From: Gracilinanus agilis
Lineage: Eukaryota
Assembly (NCBI RefSeq): GCF_016433145.1
Contig: NC_058135.1
Coordinates: forward strand, 276,750,211 to 276,814,210
DNA length: 64,000 nucleotides
Direction: 5' to 3'
The notes under the pieces were generated by a model. That model did no database searches and was not told where the DNA came from. It saw nothing but the letters and a program-made list of their open reading frames with translations. Below, piece after piece: positions 39,180 through 51,975 of this stretch. The translations under genes and the position numbers were made by a program. The first letter of the stretch is position 1. Each line of letters opens with the position of its first letter.

Positions 39180-40370
39180 ACCACTGGAGGAAGTAGCGAT
39201 TTAACTGAGGTCAGAGATCCATTAGAGAATTTAGAAAGTCTTTGCTTAGTAAAGTTATTTTCCTAAGCATAGGTTGGTGAGCTATATACAATGAAGTTCT
39301 ATATATTTTGGTTGCAAAGTACTCTAATGGTAAATTATTTCTTAAGGGAGACAGTAGAAAGAAGGGAGCCAAACAAACAACTGTTAACATAATCCAGGGG
39401 AAACTATAAAATGAAAACAAAACAAATTTTAAAAAAAGTTGGAGTAGATAATATTGATTACATATTTCCATATAATTTTATACTTTCCAGCTAATTTCCC
39501 CACTACTAAAAAGATCAAATAAGGTAATACTGTTTAAAAAATACTTAATGTATTTCAATTGGGCACTCTATAGGAGTATATTCCCTCTCTCCTATCCCAT
39601 TTCATAGATAAGGAAACAGACTGAGAGAGGTGACAGATTGTGAATCTCAGAGCAAGAGCTCAAAACCTGGTCTTTGGATTCCAAATTGAGAGCTCCTTCC
39701 AATCAATGACACTTCTGATCAATAATTTTTCTTCCCTCAAACTCCAGGGCTCAATGACTCCTTCTTAATCATCCTTAATCAAAGAAACTGAAGTACTTTC
39801 ATTGTTTTTACATAGAGTATTGGTGATTTTCTCTTGACTGGAATATTCACTGTGTATTGAGAGAAAAATCTAAAGGAGAGGAAAGAGAAACAAGAATTAT
39901 CCATTCTGTCTGACCTACCTGTTCAAAGACAGATTGTTCTGACTCAGCATGGGAATATTCAGAAAAAAAATATGAGTGACTTATTATTACTTCTCAAATC
40001 CCTTTGGGCCCAAATATGAAACCCTTCATAGGTTAAAAATATATCATAATAGTCCTCAAGGGAGGAAAGAACACATCTTCTTTTAATTGTATCTGCACGC
40101 CTTAAAATCATTAAGAAACAAGACTCCAATTCATGCTCTTTGAGAAAGAATTCCATTTGTCCCTAAATTAATCAGTCATAGTAGAATAGTTATGGAAAGA
40201 GTATTGATCATGAAGTTTAGGGACCTTGGTTGTATTTTCCCTTTCTGCCTTTAATCATATATATGTGTTTAGGCAAACTTCCATCTCTTTGGATTTCACC
40301 TGAAAGATAAGGGTAATTATTCCTGCTTGTTTATCTCACAGGACTATTTTAGCAATTAATTTAGCTTACT
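39180..40370. repeat. Older paralogous block C, copy 1 (upstream of the OR8U3-like pseudogene)
   Basis: Alignable with 52880-54155 at roughly 75-80% by eye. Confidence 0.85.
39913..40089 (-). promoter_or_regulatory. Putative OR promoter/exon 1: O/E-like TCCTCAAGGGA (40053-40063), TAATTG (40084-40089), donor CAG|GTAGGT (39921-39913)
   Basis: All three motifs are conserved in the paralog at 53704-53875; the combination is typical of OR promoters. Confidence 0.5.
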
Positions 40371-41559
40371 ATCAAAAGAGTAATGCTTAATACAGCTGTA
40401 ATTGACTCTCATTTATTGTTGTTTTATTACTGAATTAGAGGAGTCAAGAAATTCACATTTAAGGTTTATTTATGCTCCAGTCACTTGGCTAGAACCCTGG
40501 GATACAAAGATCAAATTTACAAAGGCCTTTCCCTTCAGGAACTTATGTTCTATAAGGAAGAAAGGATGTAATAATATTTAAATATAAAATAAGAAAGTTG
40601 TGGGTAACTGTCCTTTTATCTAAGGTTAGAGTGGGGCAGAATCAGGAGAAGTCTGATGCAAGAGGTGGTAGTTAAAATAAGCTTTGAGTTCAAAGTGAAG
40701 AAGGTATGTGTTGTAAGTAAGCATGACCACCTCCCTTTATGATTACATGGAGAGAACAAAGAAAATATTTTACAGAAGAACAACAAGGAAACCAATTTGA
40801 CAAGTCTACATGGTTTATTAAAAAGGAAGATCTCAAGAATCAGGAATGAGATACTTTAGAGCTGTTAGGATATTTGAATGCAGCTAGTTGACATAGCGGT
40901 TAGAATAGGGCAAGTGAAGTCACCAAGACCAAAACCCAAATTCTTCCATAAGTCATACAGCAGCAAGGAACCTTGAGAGAGAGACAGGAAGCAGTTTATG
41001 TCAGATGACTCAGACCATCAACACTACAGACTCTACCACTTTCCCTGGCAGCTGTATGATGACAACCCAGGAACTTGAACTCCTGGTTACCTCTTCAGTG
41101 AACCAAACTTAGAGTGGCTGTAGTTAGAGGTACTGAAGACCCAGAAAATAAAGTCTTCACCACTCAAATCCTTGGCACTGTCAAATGATTAAACATTAGA
41201 ATCAAACATCTTTTATGACATACTTTATGACTAACCATTTGCTCAGCCATTAGACCCTTAAGAATATAAGACCACAACTTCCTGGTGACTGCATATCTTA
41301 TAACTGTGGAATTTCCCAAGGATCTTCCATTTGCAGGAAGTGCATAGTTACTCAGAATCATATCCTTAGTGTCATCCTTGACTCCTCTAAGTCATCCCTT
41401 GTTTGAAGTCTTCACTATTATGACACCTCACAGAATGATGATTTCTCCCATTCTGAAGAACAATCCTTTCCAGTCATGCTCACTCGTTTACTCCTATCAT
41501 GCCTCTACTCCTGGCTTTTTGGCCCCTATACTATGCTTTAAAAACTGATACCTTCCTTT

Positions 41560-41730
41560 TTTCTGCTCTATATTTCTAGTTCTTATTTAATACATTTTCT
41601 TTCCCTGATAGAATGTAAACTTCTTGAAGGTAGAAAAGTCTTTATTTTTTTTTCTTTTATAGGCATTTCTGGAACTTAGCTTGGTGAGTGGCACATAATA
41701 AGCACTTAATACTTGTTGATTTAACAAAAA
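41560..41730 (+). mobile_element. L2 3'-end remnant
   Basis: agaatgtaaacttcttgaaggtag...ggcacataataagcacttaata...ttgttga, the typical L2/MIR tail. Confidence 0.6.
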
Positions 41731-43117
41731 TGAAATGGACTGTAATAGGTAGTAGCAGTTTTCCCAGAACATGAAGTGTTCAGAAAGGTTCTGTTGGGCC
41801 TTAGTTATTAGAAGACATTCTTTATATGATATTTGATTGACTAGCTGGTTTATGAGCTTCCAACTTGAGAATTTTGTGAAATAATGGATGATAAAGAGGT
41901 TGGGAAAAAATCCATGAAAGGAAGAGAAGACAATAACTATTAATTGATTACTATGTGCCCATCATTGACCTAATTAATTTTGCAAATATTATCTCATTTT
42001 TCTTCACCAAAACCTGCAAAGTATATGATAATATGCACATTTCATAGTTGAGGAAAATGAGGTAAACAGATATTAGGTAATTTTCTCAGGGTCCCACAAA
42101 CAATATGTCTTGGAGGTCAAATTTGAACTTAGATCTTCACTCCAGAACTAGTATTGTGTCCATTGCTCTATTAGCTGCCTTATACAGGTCAATAAAAATG
42201 CCTTTATAAAATAAAAAAAAAACTATTCTAATGTTCATTTGATTGCTCCATAAGTGATCTTGTAATCTTAGATGCTACAGAAGTGCTTCCCACAATTTGG
42301 CAGCTTCTGCTTGGATGGAAATCATTAAAGTGTAGGCTTCATGAATGAATTTGGTATTCATCAAACTAAATTTGGAATGGCTTTTTCTTAGCTTGGGGTC
42401 ACCTTATGGTGATGTAGGTAGGTACACTATATCAAGATAAATGATATGTGCAGTAAATGATAGCTCCTTAGTCCTAGAAATCAGGAAGATATTAGTTCAA
42501 TTCTAGCCAGAGACACATACTAGTTATGTGATCCTGGGTGATTCATTCAGTTTCTCTTGCTTCAATTTCTTTGATTGTAAAATGGAAAAAATTGTACAGA
42601 CCAAATGAGTTGGTATTTGTGAAGAACTTAGCATGGCATCTCATAGCAGGTGCTCAATCAATATTTCCTTCCTTCCTTTCTTTCTTTCCCTTCTTTTCTC
42701 CATTCCTTTCTTTCCTTCTTCTTTCATTCCCTTCCTCCTTTCAATATCTTACCTCCTCTGAAAGGTCAGCATTCACAGACAAGTCCAATCTCACTGCTAA
42801 TCAAGATGAATCCTTCTATTAACTGAACTAGTTAGCCCTTTCTTAGGTCTTTGGATCTGACATTATCTTTCAGTTATACATCTATGATTTAATAATCCAT
42901 GATTAATATAAATCCTAAGATTCCAAAAAGTTCAAATAACTAATTGGTGGCAAAGCCAAGCATTAATTCTATACTGTCAGCTGAGGATAATTTTCTCAGA
43001 ATTGCCTGCTTCTATTTTAAAAGTTGTCATCTTCAATTATTCACATTTTTTCTGATGGACTACCAGAGATCAGTACAAGCCCAAATAAAGCTGCTTTGTA
43101 GATTGGGTGGGGCTTAT

Positions 43118-43255
43118 ATAATAGAAGAATAATAGAAATAATAATAGAAGAATAATACAATAGAAATAAATAATAATAGAAGAAAATAGATTAATAGGGG
43201 CTTAAATAATAATAGAAATAATAATAATAGAATAGAATTAATAATAATAATATAG
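43118..43255. repeat. AAT/AATAG low-complexity tandem array
   Basis: Repeated taatagaa/aataat units. Confidence 0.8.
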
Positions 43256-43700
43256 CACTTTGAAGGTTCAAAAGCACTTTACTCATTCTATCTCATTTTC
43301 TCAGTACTCCTATGATGTATGTACTATTATAATATTTATTTTATAGGTAAGGAACTTAGAGAAATCAAGTAAGTTTTGCAATGTTGCAAAATTAGAAAGA
43401 GTTTAAGAAAGAATTTAAAATTGTCTTCCTAAGTAAGCATATATTATTCTACTCACTGCACCAACTCCCTTCTTCCTAAATGCATTTATTTCACAGATAT
43501 CTTCAATTCAGATTTAGAAAAATAGCAAAATTAAGAAGTGAAGATGAATGCCTCCATTTTATTGAGGACTTAAGAAATCATTTCAAGACATAGAAACAGT
43601 TGTGACATCTTTTTTTGCACAAATTAATGTAACCTTGTCTTGTTTACAACAGGCTTTTAATAAATATTGTTCTAATGAATGAAAATAAAAATATATTATG

Positions 43701-43880
43701 GGGGGCAGCTGGGTAGCTCAGTGGAGTGAGAGTCAGGCCTAGAGACAGGAGGTCCTAGGTTCAAAACCCGGCCTCAGCCACTTCCCAGCTGTGTGACCCT
43801 GGGCAAGTCACTTGACCCCATTACCCACCCTTACCAATCTTCCACCTATGAGACAATACACCGAAGTACAAGGGTTTAAA
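43701..43880 (+). mobile_element. SINE1_MD-like SINE in the 3' flank of the OR5AL1-like gene
   Basis: 14-bp TSD aaaaatatattatg (43687-43700 and 43880-43893). Confidence 0.92.
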
Positions 43881-43950
43881 AAAATATATTATGAACCAAG
43901 CCATTACAAGTTATAATATTGAAGCATGTTCTGCTACCACAGGCAGTTAT

Positions 43951-44910
43951 TCATTTGTCTAAGAGTCTCAAATGAGCAACTGACCAGGTATTTCTCAGAA
44001 TTTTCCTGACAGCCTCTTTTACCTCCTTGTTCCGCAAGCTGTAAATTAGTGGGTTCAACATGGGAATTACTATTGTATAAAACACTGATGTCATTTTATC
44101 TGTGTCCAGTGAGTGTTTAGACTGTGGCTGCAAATACATAAAGGACAGAATGCCATAGAAAATGATAACAGTAACTATATGAGAACCACAGGTGGAGAAG
44201 GCCTTGAGTCTTCCCTCTGTTGAGCGAATCCGCAAGATGGTGGCAATGATGAAGACATAGGAGATGATGACAGTCAACAAAGAGCAGATCATGTCAAATC
44301 CACCAAAGGCAAATATCAGGATTTGTTTAACATGAGTATCTGAGCAAGAGAGGGCTATGAGAGGAATGTCATCACAGTAGAAATGGTTAATGACATTAGA
44401 GGCACAGTAAGAAAAGTGGAATGTGATGATAGTTTGCAAAACTGCCACAGAGAAGCAGTATACATAGGGAACAGTTACAAGTTGCCAACAGAGCTTATCT
44501 GACATTGCAACACGGTAGAGCAAGGGGTTACCTATGGCTACATACCGATCATAGGCCATCACAGCCAAGAGAAACAACTCAATTGTTTCAAATGATATGA
44601 AGCAATACACTTGGATGGCACATGCATAGAAAGAAATAACATTGATTTCTTGTACAAAGTTAACCAGCATGTTGGGGGTAATGGCAGAAGTAAGACAAAA
44701 ATCCACAAATGCCAAGTGGCTAAGAAAGAAGTACATGGGTGTGTGCAGGTGAGCACTGACCTGGATAAGTAGGATTAGGCCGAGATTTCCCACCACACTG
44801 ACAGAATATATGACGAGAAATATAATAAATAGGACAACCTTCAGCTCTGAATGGGTGGTGAGTCCCAAGAGAATAAACTCAGTGACTTCAGAATGGTTGC
44901 CTCTAGCCAT
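43951..44910 (-). CDS. OR5AL1-like: Olfactory receptor, OR5AL1/OR8U-like, intact 319 aa
   Basis: Complete 7TM ORF: NHS sequon, [60 protein letters not shown] and YACAIQV resemble OR5AL1 as recalled. Confidence 0.9.
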   Translation of the reverse strand: MARGNHSEVTEFILLGLTTHSELKVVLFIIFLVIYSVSVVGNLGLILLIQVSAHLHTPMYFFLSHLAFVDFCLTSAITPNMLVNFVQEINVISFYACAIQVYCFISFETIELFLLAVMAYDRYVAIGNPLLYRVAMSDKLCWQLVTVPYVYCFSVAVLQTIITFHFSYCASNVINHFYCDDIPLIALSCSDTHVKQILIFAFGGFDMICSLLTVIISYVFIIATILRIRSTEGRLKAFSTCGSHIVTVIIFYGILSFMYLQPQSKHSLDTDKMTSVFYTIVIPMLNPLIYSLRNKEVKEAVRKILRNTWSVAHLRLLDK

Positions 44911-45306
44911 TTCTTGGACTTGAACTTTTATATAGGATCCAGCTCTGAAGATATGTGATGATCATGAAATTAAATTTTGTTTTTTTTTGTTGTTGTTGTT
45001 GTAAGGACTTAGATGTGACATATCTTCATGCCACAGTAAATTTTCAGGAAAAAAAATAGTTGCGGATTAGAAACATTCTGCTAGATAACAGCTTTGATGG
45101 AAGTTGGGGAAATGATTCCTCAATATTGTCTGGATCTCTTCTCTTATTCTGAAAAACAAGATACTTGTAATTAATCATAAATTAAAAATATCATAACTGG
45201 AAATTATTCATCACAAGTACACCATGATTTTTCTCTTTGTTTTTAGAACAAAATTCTGTATTGGTATGATTAAAACTCAAGCAACAAATATTGTTAAAGA
45301 ACTCAT

Positions 45307-45860
45307 TGATGTAAGCTGGCAGTGGGCAGTAAGGGGCAATTATAGGAAGGGGACCTTCATACTTTGAAATCTTGTATTTCTCACTAGTTTGCCCTAGTTA
45401 ATCATCAACGGCAACACCTACAGGTTAGTCAAACATGAATTGTAGATTGTTCAATTATCCACTCTGTGATATTAGATCTGTAACATTCTTTACTAGGCAT
45501 CAGCGTTGTACCTCTGATAGTGTTCTTAGTAATATTTAATTACCTATAGTCTTCCTCCAAAGTACTTCATCCCCTTCCCATGATCCCATCTGGAAGGGCA
45601 GCAAGACCTTTCCCTGACAATGATGACAAGGTGGACAATGAAAAAACATTGAACCTGTGTGATCAGAACTCTGGCATTCCAGAACCCCCCCATCTTGCAT
45701 ATGCTTCTTATTTCTTATGGTAATATACCCAAATCATACCTCCACCTGATTTTGGAAAGAGTGATGCTAAGCTACTAGACCCCAACAAATACACCAACCC
45801 TGATCAATAGTATGTTGAAGCTCAGCTCCCCTAAGGAAGCTGTCACCCTATGACAGGTTT
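45307..45860 (+). mobile_element. ERV1-type 5' LTR (3' part not recognisable)
   Basis: Starts TGATGTAAGCTGGCA; alignable with the LTR at 51976 for about 550 bp. Confidence 0.7.
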
Positions 45861-46269
45861 TGGTACAGAACTCAAAAGTTAGTGGGCAATGGAGGGGGTG
45901 CATGGCTAGGAAGGGTAAAGAAACTTCAGAGTCCAATGTTTTAGAAGATCCTATCCTGACTCCAGTCCTATTTTCTTCCCCTAACTGTTCATGCCATTCC
46001 TCCACACTCATTCCCACACCTAGGACCCTGCTGTTCTGTGCCTGTTTCATCTGTCTTCTCTGTTCCCTCTTCTCCCTCTCCTTCCACCTTGGAAGAAACC
46101 TGTCTTCAGTAGAAGAACTTTCTTCCAGCTTCTGTGGCATCTGTTCCCTCCATTTCACCTGCCTTATGCCCTTATTTGCCACCTCCTCCCCCTCCTCTTC
46201 TAACTCCTCCCAGTCCACTCCACACCATAAGTTGCTTGTCTTAAGCACCATCTCATCTGACCTGCCCCC

Positions 46270-47490
46270 TTAGGGAAGTGGGTATAGGGAACAGGAGGGT
46301 GCAAGTTCATGTCCCTTTTATCCATAATTCAAGGAGAAATTATGCAGGTATCATGAAGATCTCACCTATTTCATTGACGTGTTTAAAGCAGTCACCTTGC
46401 AGTTTGATCTTACCTGGGATGACATTAACATCATCCTGTCTAATTGTCGTTCAGTGGCTGAAAAGTGGAGAATTTGGGATCTGGCTTAGCAAAAGGGAAG
46501 AGAGTTAGCAACCAGTGACTCAAATCTCCTTCCCTCCATGTGCTACAGCACTTCCCACATCTGACTGGGGGTAGAAAAATCAGAATGTTAGAGAGAGACA
46601 GAAGAAACCATGTGCTGAAGTGTTTGATTGAGGGAATGTCAAAAGGAGTAGGAAAACAACTGAATTATGAGAAAGTAATAGAGAGTACCCAAAAGATGGA
46701 GGAAAACCTTGCCATGTTTCAAAGAAGGTTAGTATAAAGTATGAAGAAATTTACCAACTTAGATTCTGAGTCTCAGGAGGGAGACCCTCCTTAGTATCCA
46801 TTTCATTATTCAAATAACTCCTAATATTAGAAGGAAGTGGCAGAGATTGGAATTTGGCCCCCAAATACCCAGCTCCAAGCTACATGATGATGCCTTTACG
46901 GTATTTAACAACAGGATCCTGGAAAAGGATGAGAAAAAAGGACTATAAGGTATGTGCCTGTTTCAAGGAATATGCATTTTTTTTTTTTTTGTAAATGTCA
47001 TGTCCAACAGAGACCCTCCCATTGGAAACCAACTCCAGACAAAATAGTGGTGTCCTGGAATTTGGAATCAGCACCCTCCTCCTAAGTCAAGGGTCATCAA
47101 ACTGCTTTCAGTGGGAAAGAGGGTCCCTGGTCTCATAGGTGCCCTGAGAACTGTGACAAATGAAGTTTGCCACTAGCCTTTGTCCCTCCTGTGGGGAAAA
47201 GGGGCATTGGAAGAATGAGTACTCTAAGAATTGTCTGAGATCTCAGCTTCCAGCACTTGAGTTCTGTGACTCATAGTAACAGGGCCCAGGACCTGGCCAG
47301 GCCCCCACTCTTTCCATCACAATGGCCAAGCATAGGGAAACATTGGATGGGGCAGACAAAAAAAAATAAGTCTCTTCATTGATATGAGGGCCACTTACTC
47401 TGTCTTTCCCCAATTCTCTGGTCCCACATCCTCAGTGGTGGGGATAGATGGTCATCAGCAGGGCTGCTTAGAGACTTTGTCTCCACCCTG
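46270..47490 (+). mobile_element. ERV1 (gamma-like, HERV-H-type) gag-protease remnant
   Basis: Fragments REVGIGNRRVQVHVPF, FKAVTLQFDLTWDDINIIL, MHR-like LNYEKVIESTQKMEENLAMFQRRL, two decayed Cys-His knuckles (about 47100-47220), and protease-like FIDMRATYSV. Confidence 0.85.
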
Positions 47491-48057
47491 GAGATTTGGG
47501 AATCACATGCTTATTATTTTAATAGAATTTTCTAAATTATGTCTATCTCAAAATTAGAAAGTACATATGCTATTTGGGAAGTAATATCTTAATTCTTAAT
47601 TGTGCTAAATTTAGAAATTTTGTGAATATGGCATCAGAATTCAGTGTATATGCTGTGTGTGTTGTTGTTACCCTGTTTGCAAATCTTTGTGACATTCTGA
47701 GGTCTGCAGTTTGAAAAACTCAAACTTTCCTCAGAAAATAATCAACCTGCTGGTTAAAGCCATAAATCTAGCACCCAGCATGCTCTTTGATCAGCAGAGA
47801 GTGAAAAGGTTTTTTTTTTTGCTTGTTTTGCTTTTTTTTTCTGAGATCAGCAAGCAACCAACAAGTGAGTAAGAAGCCATCAAGTACTAAGATTTTTTAC
47901 AGTCAAGGAGAAATATTTGCAAGCTTCTTTACATAACTAAGATACTAGTATTAAAAAGAAGAAACTTTTAAAACTGTACATTTAGGATGAAACATCTATT
48001 AGAGTGAAGTTTATTTGGATTATGAAGCAAGAAGGAACATTAAGAGCTAAGAGAGAA

Positions 48058-48270
48058 GGGGCAGCTGGGTAGCTCAGTGGATTGAGAGCCAGGCCTAGAG
48101 ACAGGAGGTCTTAGGTTCAAATCTGCCTGAGATACTTCCCAGCTGTGCTACCCTGGGCAAGTCACTTAACCCTCATTGCCTAGCCCTTATAACTCCTCTG
48201 CCTTGGAGCCAATATACAGTATTGACTCCAAGATGGAAGGTAAGGGTTTAAAAAAATTAAAAAAAAAAAA
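48058..48270 (+). mobile_element. SINE1_MD-like SINE (long-tail subtype)
   Basis: TSD aagagctaagagag/aagagttaagagag; A tail. Confidence 0.9.
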
Positions 48271-49422
48271 GAGTTAAGAGAGGAAAGTGCACCCAACTTT
48301 AAGCAAAGGATTTGAAGGTAAAAGGTGGGAATGTTTTGAAACTAAGAGAAACCAACTAAGCATTTTCCTCTTCTCTCAGTATAGAAACAACTGCAAGTTG
48401 AAGCCAACATTAATGAATGTGATGTTAGTGGAAATTAACTCCCTGTAAAATTATTAACCCTTTTTCTGATTCAATGTAAAAGGGAGAAGATATATGAATT
48501 GGGAAGAACTCCAGATACTTTAAACATTGTAGTGGCATGGAAAAAAATCCTGTCAGGGCCATTATTAAGTGATGAGATTCAGAAAGGATAGAAAAATATT
48601 GGGATGGAAAATTGGTATTCATTATTTGGGGGGGAAAAACAACACCTTGTACATTTTCCATTATTTGTAACTTTTCGTCTGTGTGATAGTCACCAGCTCT
48701 GCAAAATTAAAAGGTTGTTTGAATTATAGAATTTCTAAACTATGGAATTGTATCACTAAGAATATACAACTCTGTTTATAATAGAGGAATCATTTTTAAT
48801 AATTGATCTTTATACCAGGATGTTAACAATAAGAAGAGAAGAGAATCAAGTAACAATTGTAATATCTTCATTATGTGTGAATCCTGGAAAATTTTCAGCT
48901 CCAAGATGTAATTGGTAAGATTTGCCATTTGAAATAAAAGCTTTTGGAATTGCTACTAATATTATTTTGACTTTTGAATTCAGATATAGTTGTTTGATGG
49001 ATAATTGATCAGTATATTGTAAGCCACCATTCAAAAGAAAATGTACAAGGTACTCAGATGGAGTGTGATCCTCAACTTTCATAGATGGAGATCCATAACT
49101 GGAAAAGTTGAGGGGACAATTTCAGCATAGCTGAGATGGTATTGTTCCAAATAATGTGAATCCCACCTGGTTATTGCTGAACTTGGCTGTGAAGTATACT
49201 TTTTACCATATAACTGATTAATAAATGTGACTCTTACATGATTTACCAGATATTGAAGTCAAAAATTGTTATAATACTTTCCCTGCTTCATCATTCCATA
49301 GTAAATTTCTATAATCAAAGCAAATGGCCAAGGGAAAATGAGTATAAGGCCAATGGTAAGATGTGACTTATTTCACTCTTATAGGTCTGTCTATATCCGA
49401 TACAATCAAGTGAATTGGTAAT

Positions 49423-50134
49423 TGAAGCCCCTGAAATTTGAAAAAGCACAGCAATGAAATATGTCCCACTAAATACCTAAGTATCTATACCCCATCCCAA
49501 GTTTTTCTTTCAATTGGTGTGGGAAGCCAACAAGAGAAACAGAGCCTCAAATAGATAAAAATCTGAGACTCCTATTTTGACCCCTTTTGTGATCCACACC
49601 CTTTCTTGTTGAAAAGCAATGTGGTATTACTGAAAAGCTTTGAGCTCTCAGCAAACCAACAGTCAGGAGGTCAACATTCTTCCCCTTTGGTCAGGAATGT
49701 AGCTGCTTGGTAAAGACAAGGCTGAAACCTTAGCAGGGGCACTTTGCCCAGATTTAGAATAAACTGATGTGTCTTAAAAAAGTTGAGATAATCAAGGCTG
49801 AGAAATCCAGGGGCTTTCCATCCTACCAAAATATTCCCCAACTTGGCTTTCTGATAAAAACTCAGGCAAAATTCAGCCTAGGCCTTGTTCTGTTTGGAAG
49901 CCATTGAGAATTTTTGTGTTTTGATATGACATAATTTGTAACTTCTGTGCAAATGCGAAGGTACAGGGTGTTCTTTTGTGTGAAGTGAGTCTTAAAGTAT
50001 ATATAATAAACTCCATGCTGCCAGGGACAGAGCTGGAAGCATGAGCTAAAAGATCTTCGGTGTCTGTTACTTCTTATCAACTAAGCTGAGCTGTCCTTAT
50101 CAGATTATGTGGAGATGATTGATAGATCTTGACA
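49423..50134 (+). mobile_element. Solo LTR nested in the ERV interior
   Basis: TGAAGCCC...TGACA, AATAAA near 50006, homologous to 32509-33222. Confidence 0.65.
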
Positions 50135-50599
50135 AATTGGAGTACAATTAATATGTTATAAGTTAATTCATTTGTGTAATCACTGAACATATGATGAAGA
50201 AATCTATATGCAAGAATTTTATAACTTTGTGTTTATAAAAGCGACATTAATGTGTATTAAGATCTGCTTTGTAAAAGACTTTAACAGGAAGATCTAAAGA
50301 ATCATTATAAGCAGCATGGAACCAAAGAAGGAAATTTACAAAAGAGAGACCTATCTCTGTCAGAAATAAGATGTTCTTTTAGAACTCAGATAACTACATG
50401 GCACATGTGAAATCTGAGATGAAATTTTATTGATATTGGGGATAAGCTTCTAAAATGCAAAGAAGCCTGATGTTAGGTAATGTGAAGTTGCTGTAGTATC
50501 ATCTTTGCTTTCTGAATCAATATATCTGCATACGTATTTCATCTGTATTACTACCAGGGACTTCAGATCAGGATAGTGACACCTTGGGCTAAAATCCAT

Positions 50600-51975
50600 C
50601 TTAACTAGTTTAATATTTCACCTCTACCTCTCTCTTCACAAAGGAGGTTAGAGATTCACTAATTTGTCTGTTCATCAGGAAGGGTGGGGCACGTTTAAGC
50701 CATAATGAAAAAGTTTTCCTGCAGGCTCTCACCAGGACCAACATCATCTTGTGATCACCTTCTACAAGTCAGGACAGTGCCAAAGGAAGATATACCTGCA
50801 AACTTGGGATCCCCATGGAGCTCCTGCTTATTTTCCATCCTGAGCCCCCTCCTGATTCTTCTAGTGATAATATTCTTCCTCCTGATTTTTTTGGTTCCTG
50901 TCTCCTAAAAATTCTTACTAATTTTTGTTTCTTCTCAGTTACATACTATTAGATTTCAGGATTTCCAGGCTAAAATGGCTGCAGAGTAGAAGAAGCTTCA
51001 GCACTCTCCCTACTACTGATCACAACAAAGCATCTCAAAAGGACAAAAATCAAAATCAGATGAGTGAAGGGAATCTGACAAAGAGCACAGCCTTGATGGT
51101 AGGCAGGATTTGGCCATTTCCATGCTATAAGGGGGTAAAATTGCACCTACCGAAGTGTGAGCTTATCACTCTCATCAGAGTCAGAGTGAGGGTCAAGGGC
51201 TGGGGTAATCTCTAAATTCTTGGGGGCTGGCTGAGGACACCACATTCTTACCCTTGAGAATGGTGCAAAGTGTTGGCAGCAAGACTTGGGACCTGAGACT
51301 GAGGAGCATGGAGCAGAGAAGCAGAGATAGTGCAGAGACAGGCTGCCCATAGCAGAAGCTATAGAGACTAGAAAAATAGCCTCAGGGCAAAAAATAGCTC
51401 TGTAGCTTCCTACACCAAGAGCTGCCTGCCCTCCTCACTCTCAGACTTATAGCTAAGAAGGAAAGATAAAATTAACACAACAATGGCCATCAACACCCAA
51501 GAACTACAATCTGCAAGTACAAAAAAAAAAGATGCAACAGAGAAAGCCTCTGACATTGGATAACTTCAATGGAGAAAAGGAGCAGAGTACAGAGGTGACA
51601 CCAAAGAGTGACAAACAAGCAAACATACACACTTTCAAAAGAAAAATGGAAATTGGTCACAAACTCTTGAAGAACTCAAAATGGAGTTCAAGAGCCAAAT
51701 AAGAAAGATAGATGAAATTTGGGAAGAAAGCTAGGAAATAGAAATGCAAGTAATTAAAAAAGAAAATAATATACTATTAGATTTCAGATGGTATCCTCTA
51801 TTGCCAGCCCACCTGCAAGCACTCTCCAGCTCATGGATCAAGCCCACAGATCATTTCAAGAGACACAACTAGGGCCAGACCAACTTTCCAACTCAGTTTG
51901 AAGAAATTACAGAAGTCGAGACCTTCATTTATTCTCCCTAGTATTATTAATTTCTAGGCTTTGGAAAGGGGGAAA
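50600..51975 (+). mobile_element. ERV env TM remnant, 3' internal region and polypurine tract (split by the L1 fragment)
   Basis: Hydrophobic SILSPLLILLVIIFFLLIF; removing the L1 restores FVSSQLHTIRFQMV (gamma-env cytoplasmic tail motif); PPT ggaaagggggaaa immediately before TG at 51976. Confidence 0.75.
50960..51770 (+). mobile_element. LINE-1 5'UTR plus ORF1 start only (3'-truncated), with 17-bp TSD
   Basis: Begins gatttccaggctaaaatggctgcagagtag, resembling the L1 5' end; ORF1-like atggccatcaac...; TSD atactattagatttcag at 50943-50959 and 51771-51787. Confidence 0.85.

Noticed and set aside
45775-46273. 158-aa and 137-aa overlapping ORFs
   Set aside because: They lie in the low-complexity pyrimidine/purine-skewed ERV leader; no domain motif.
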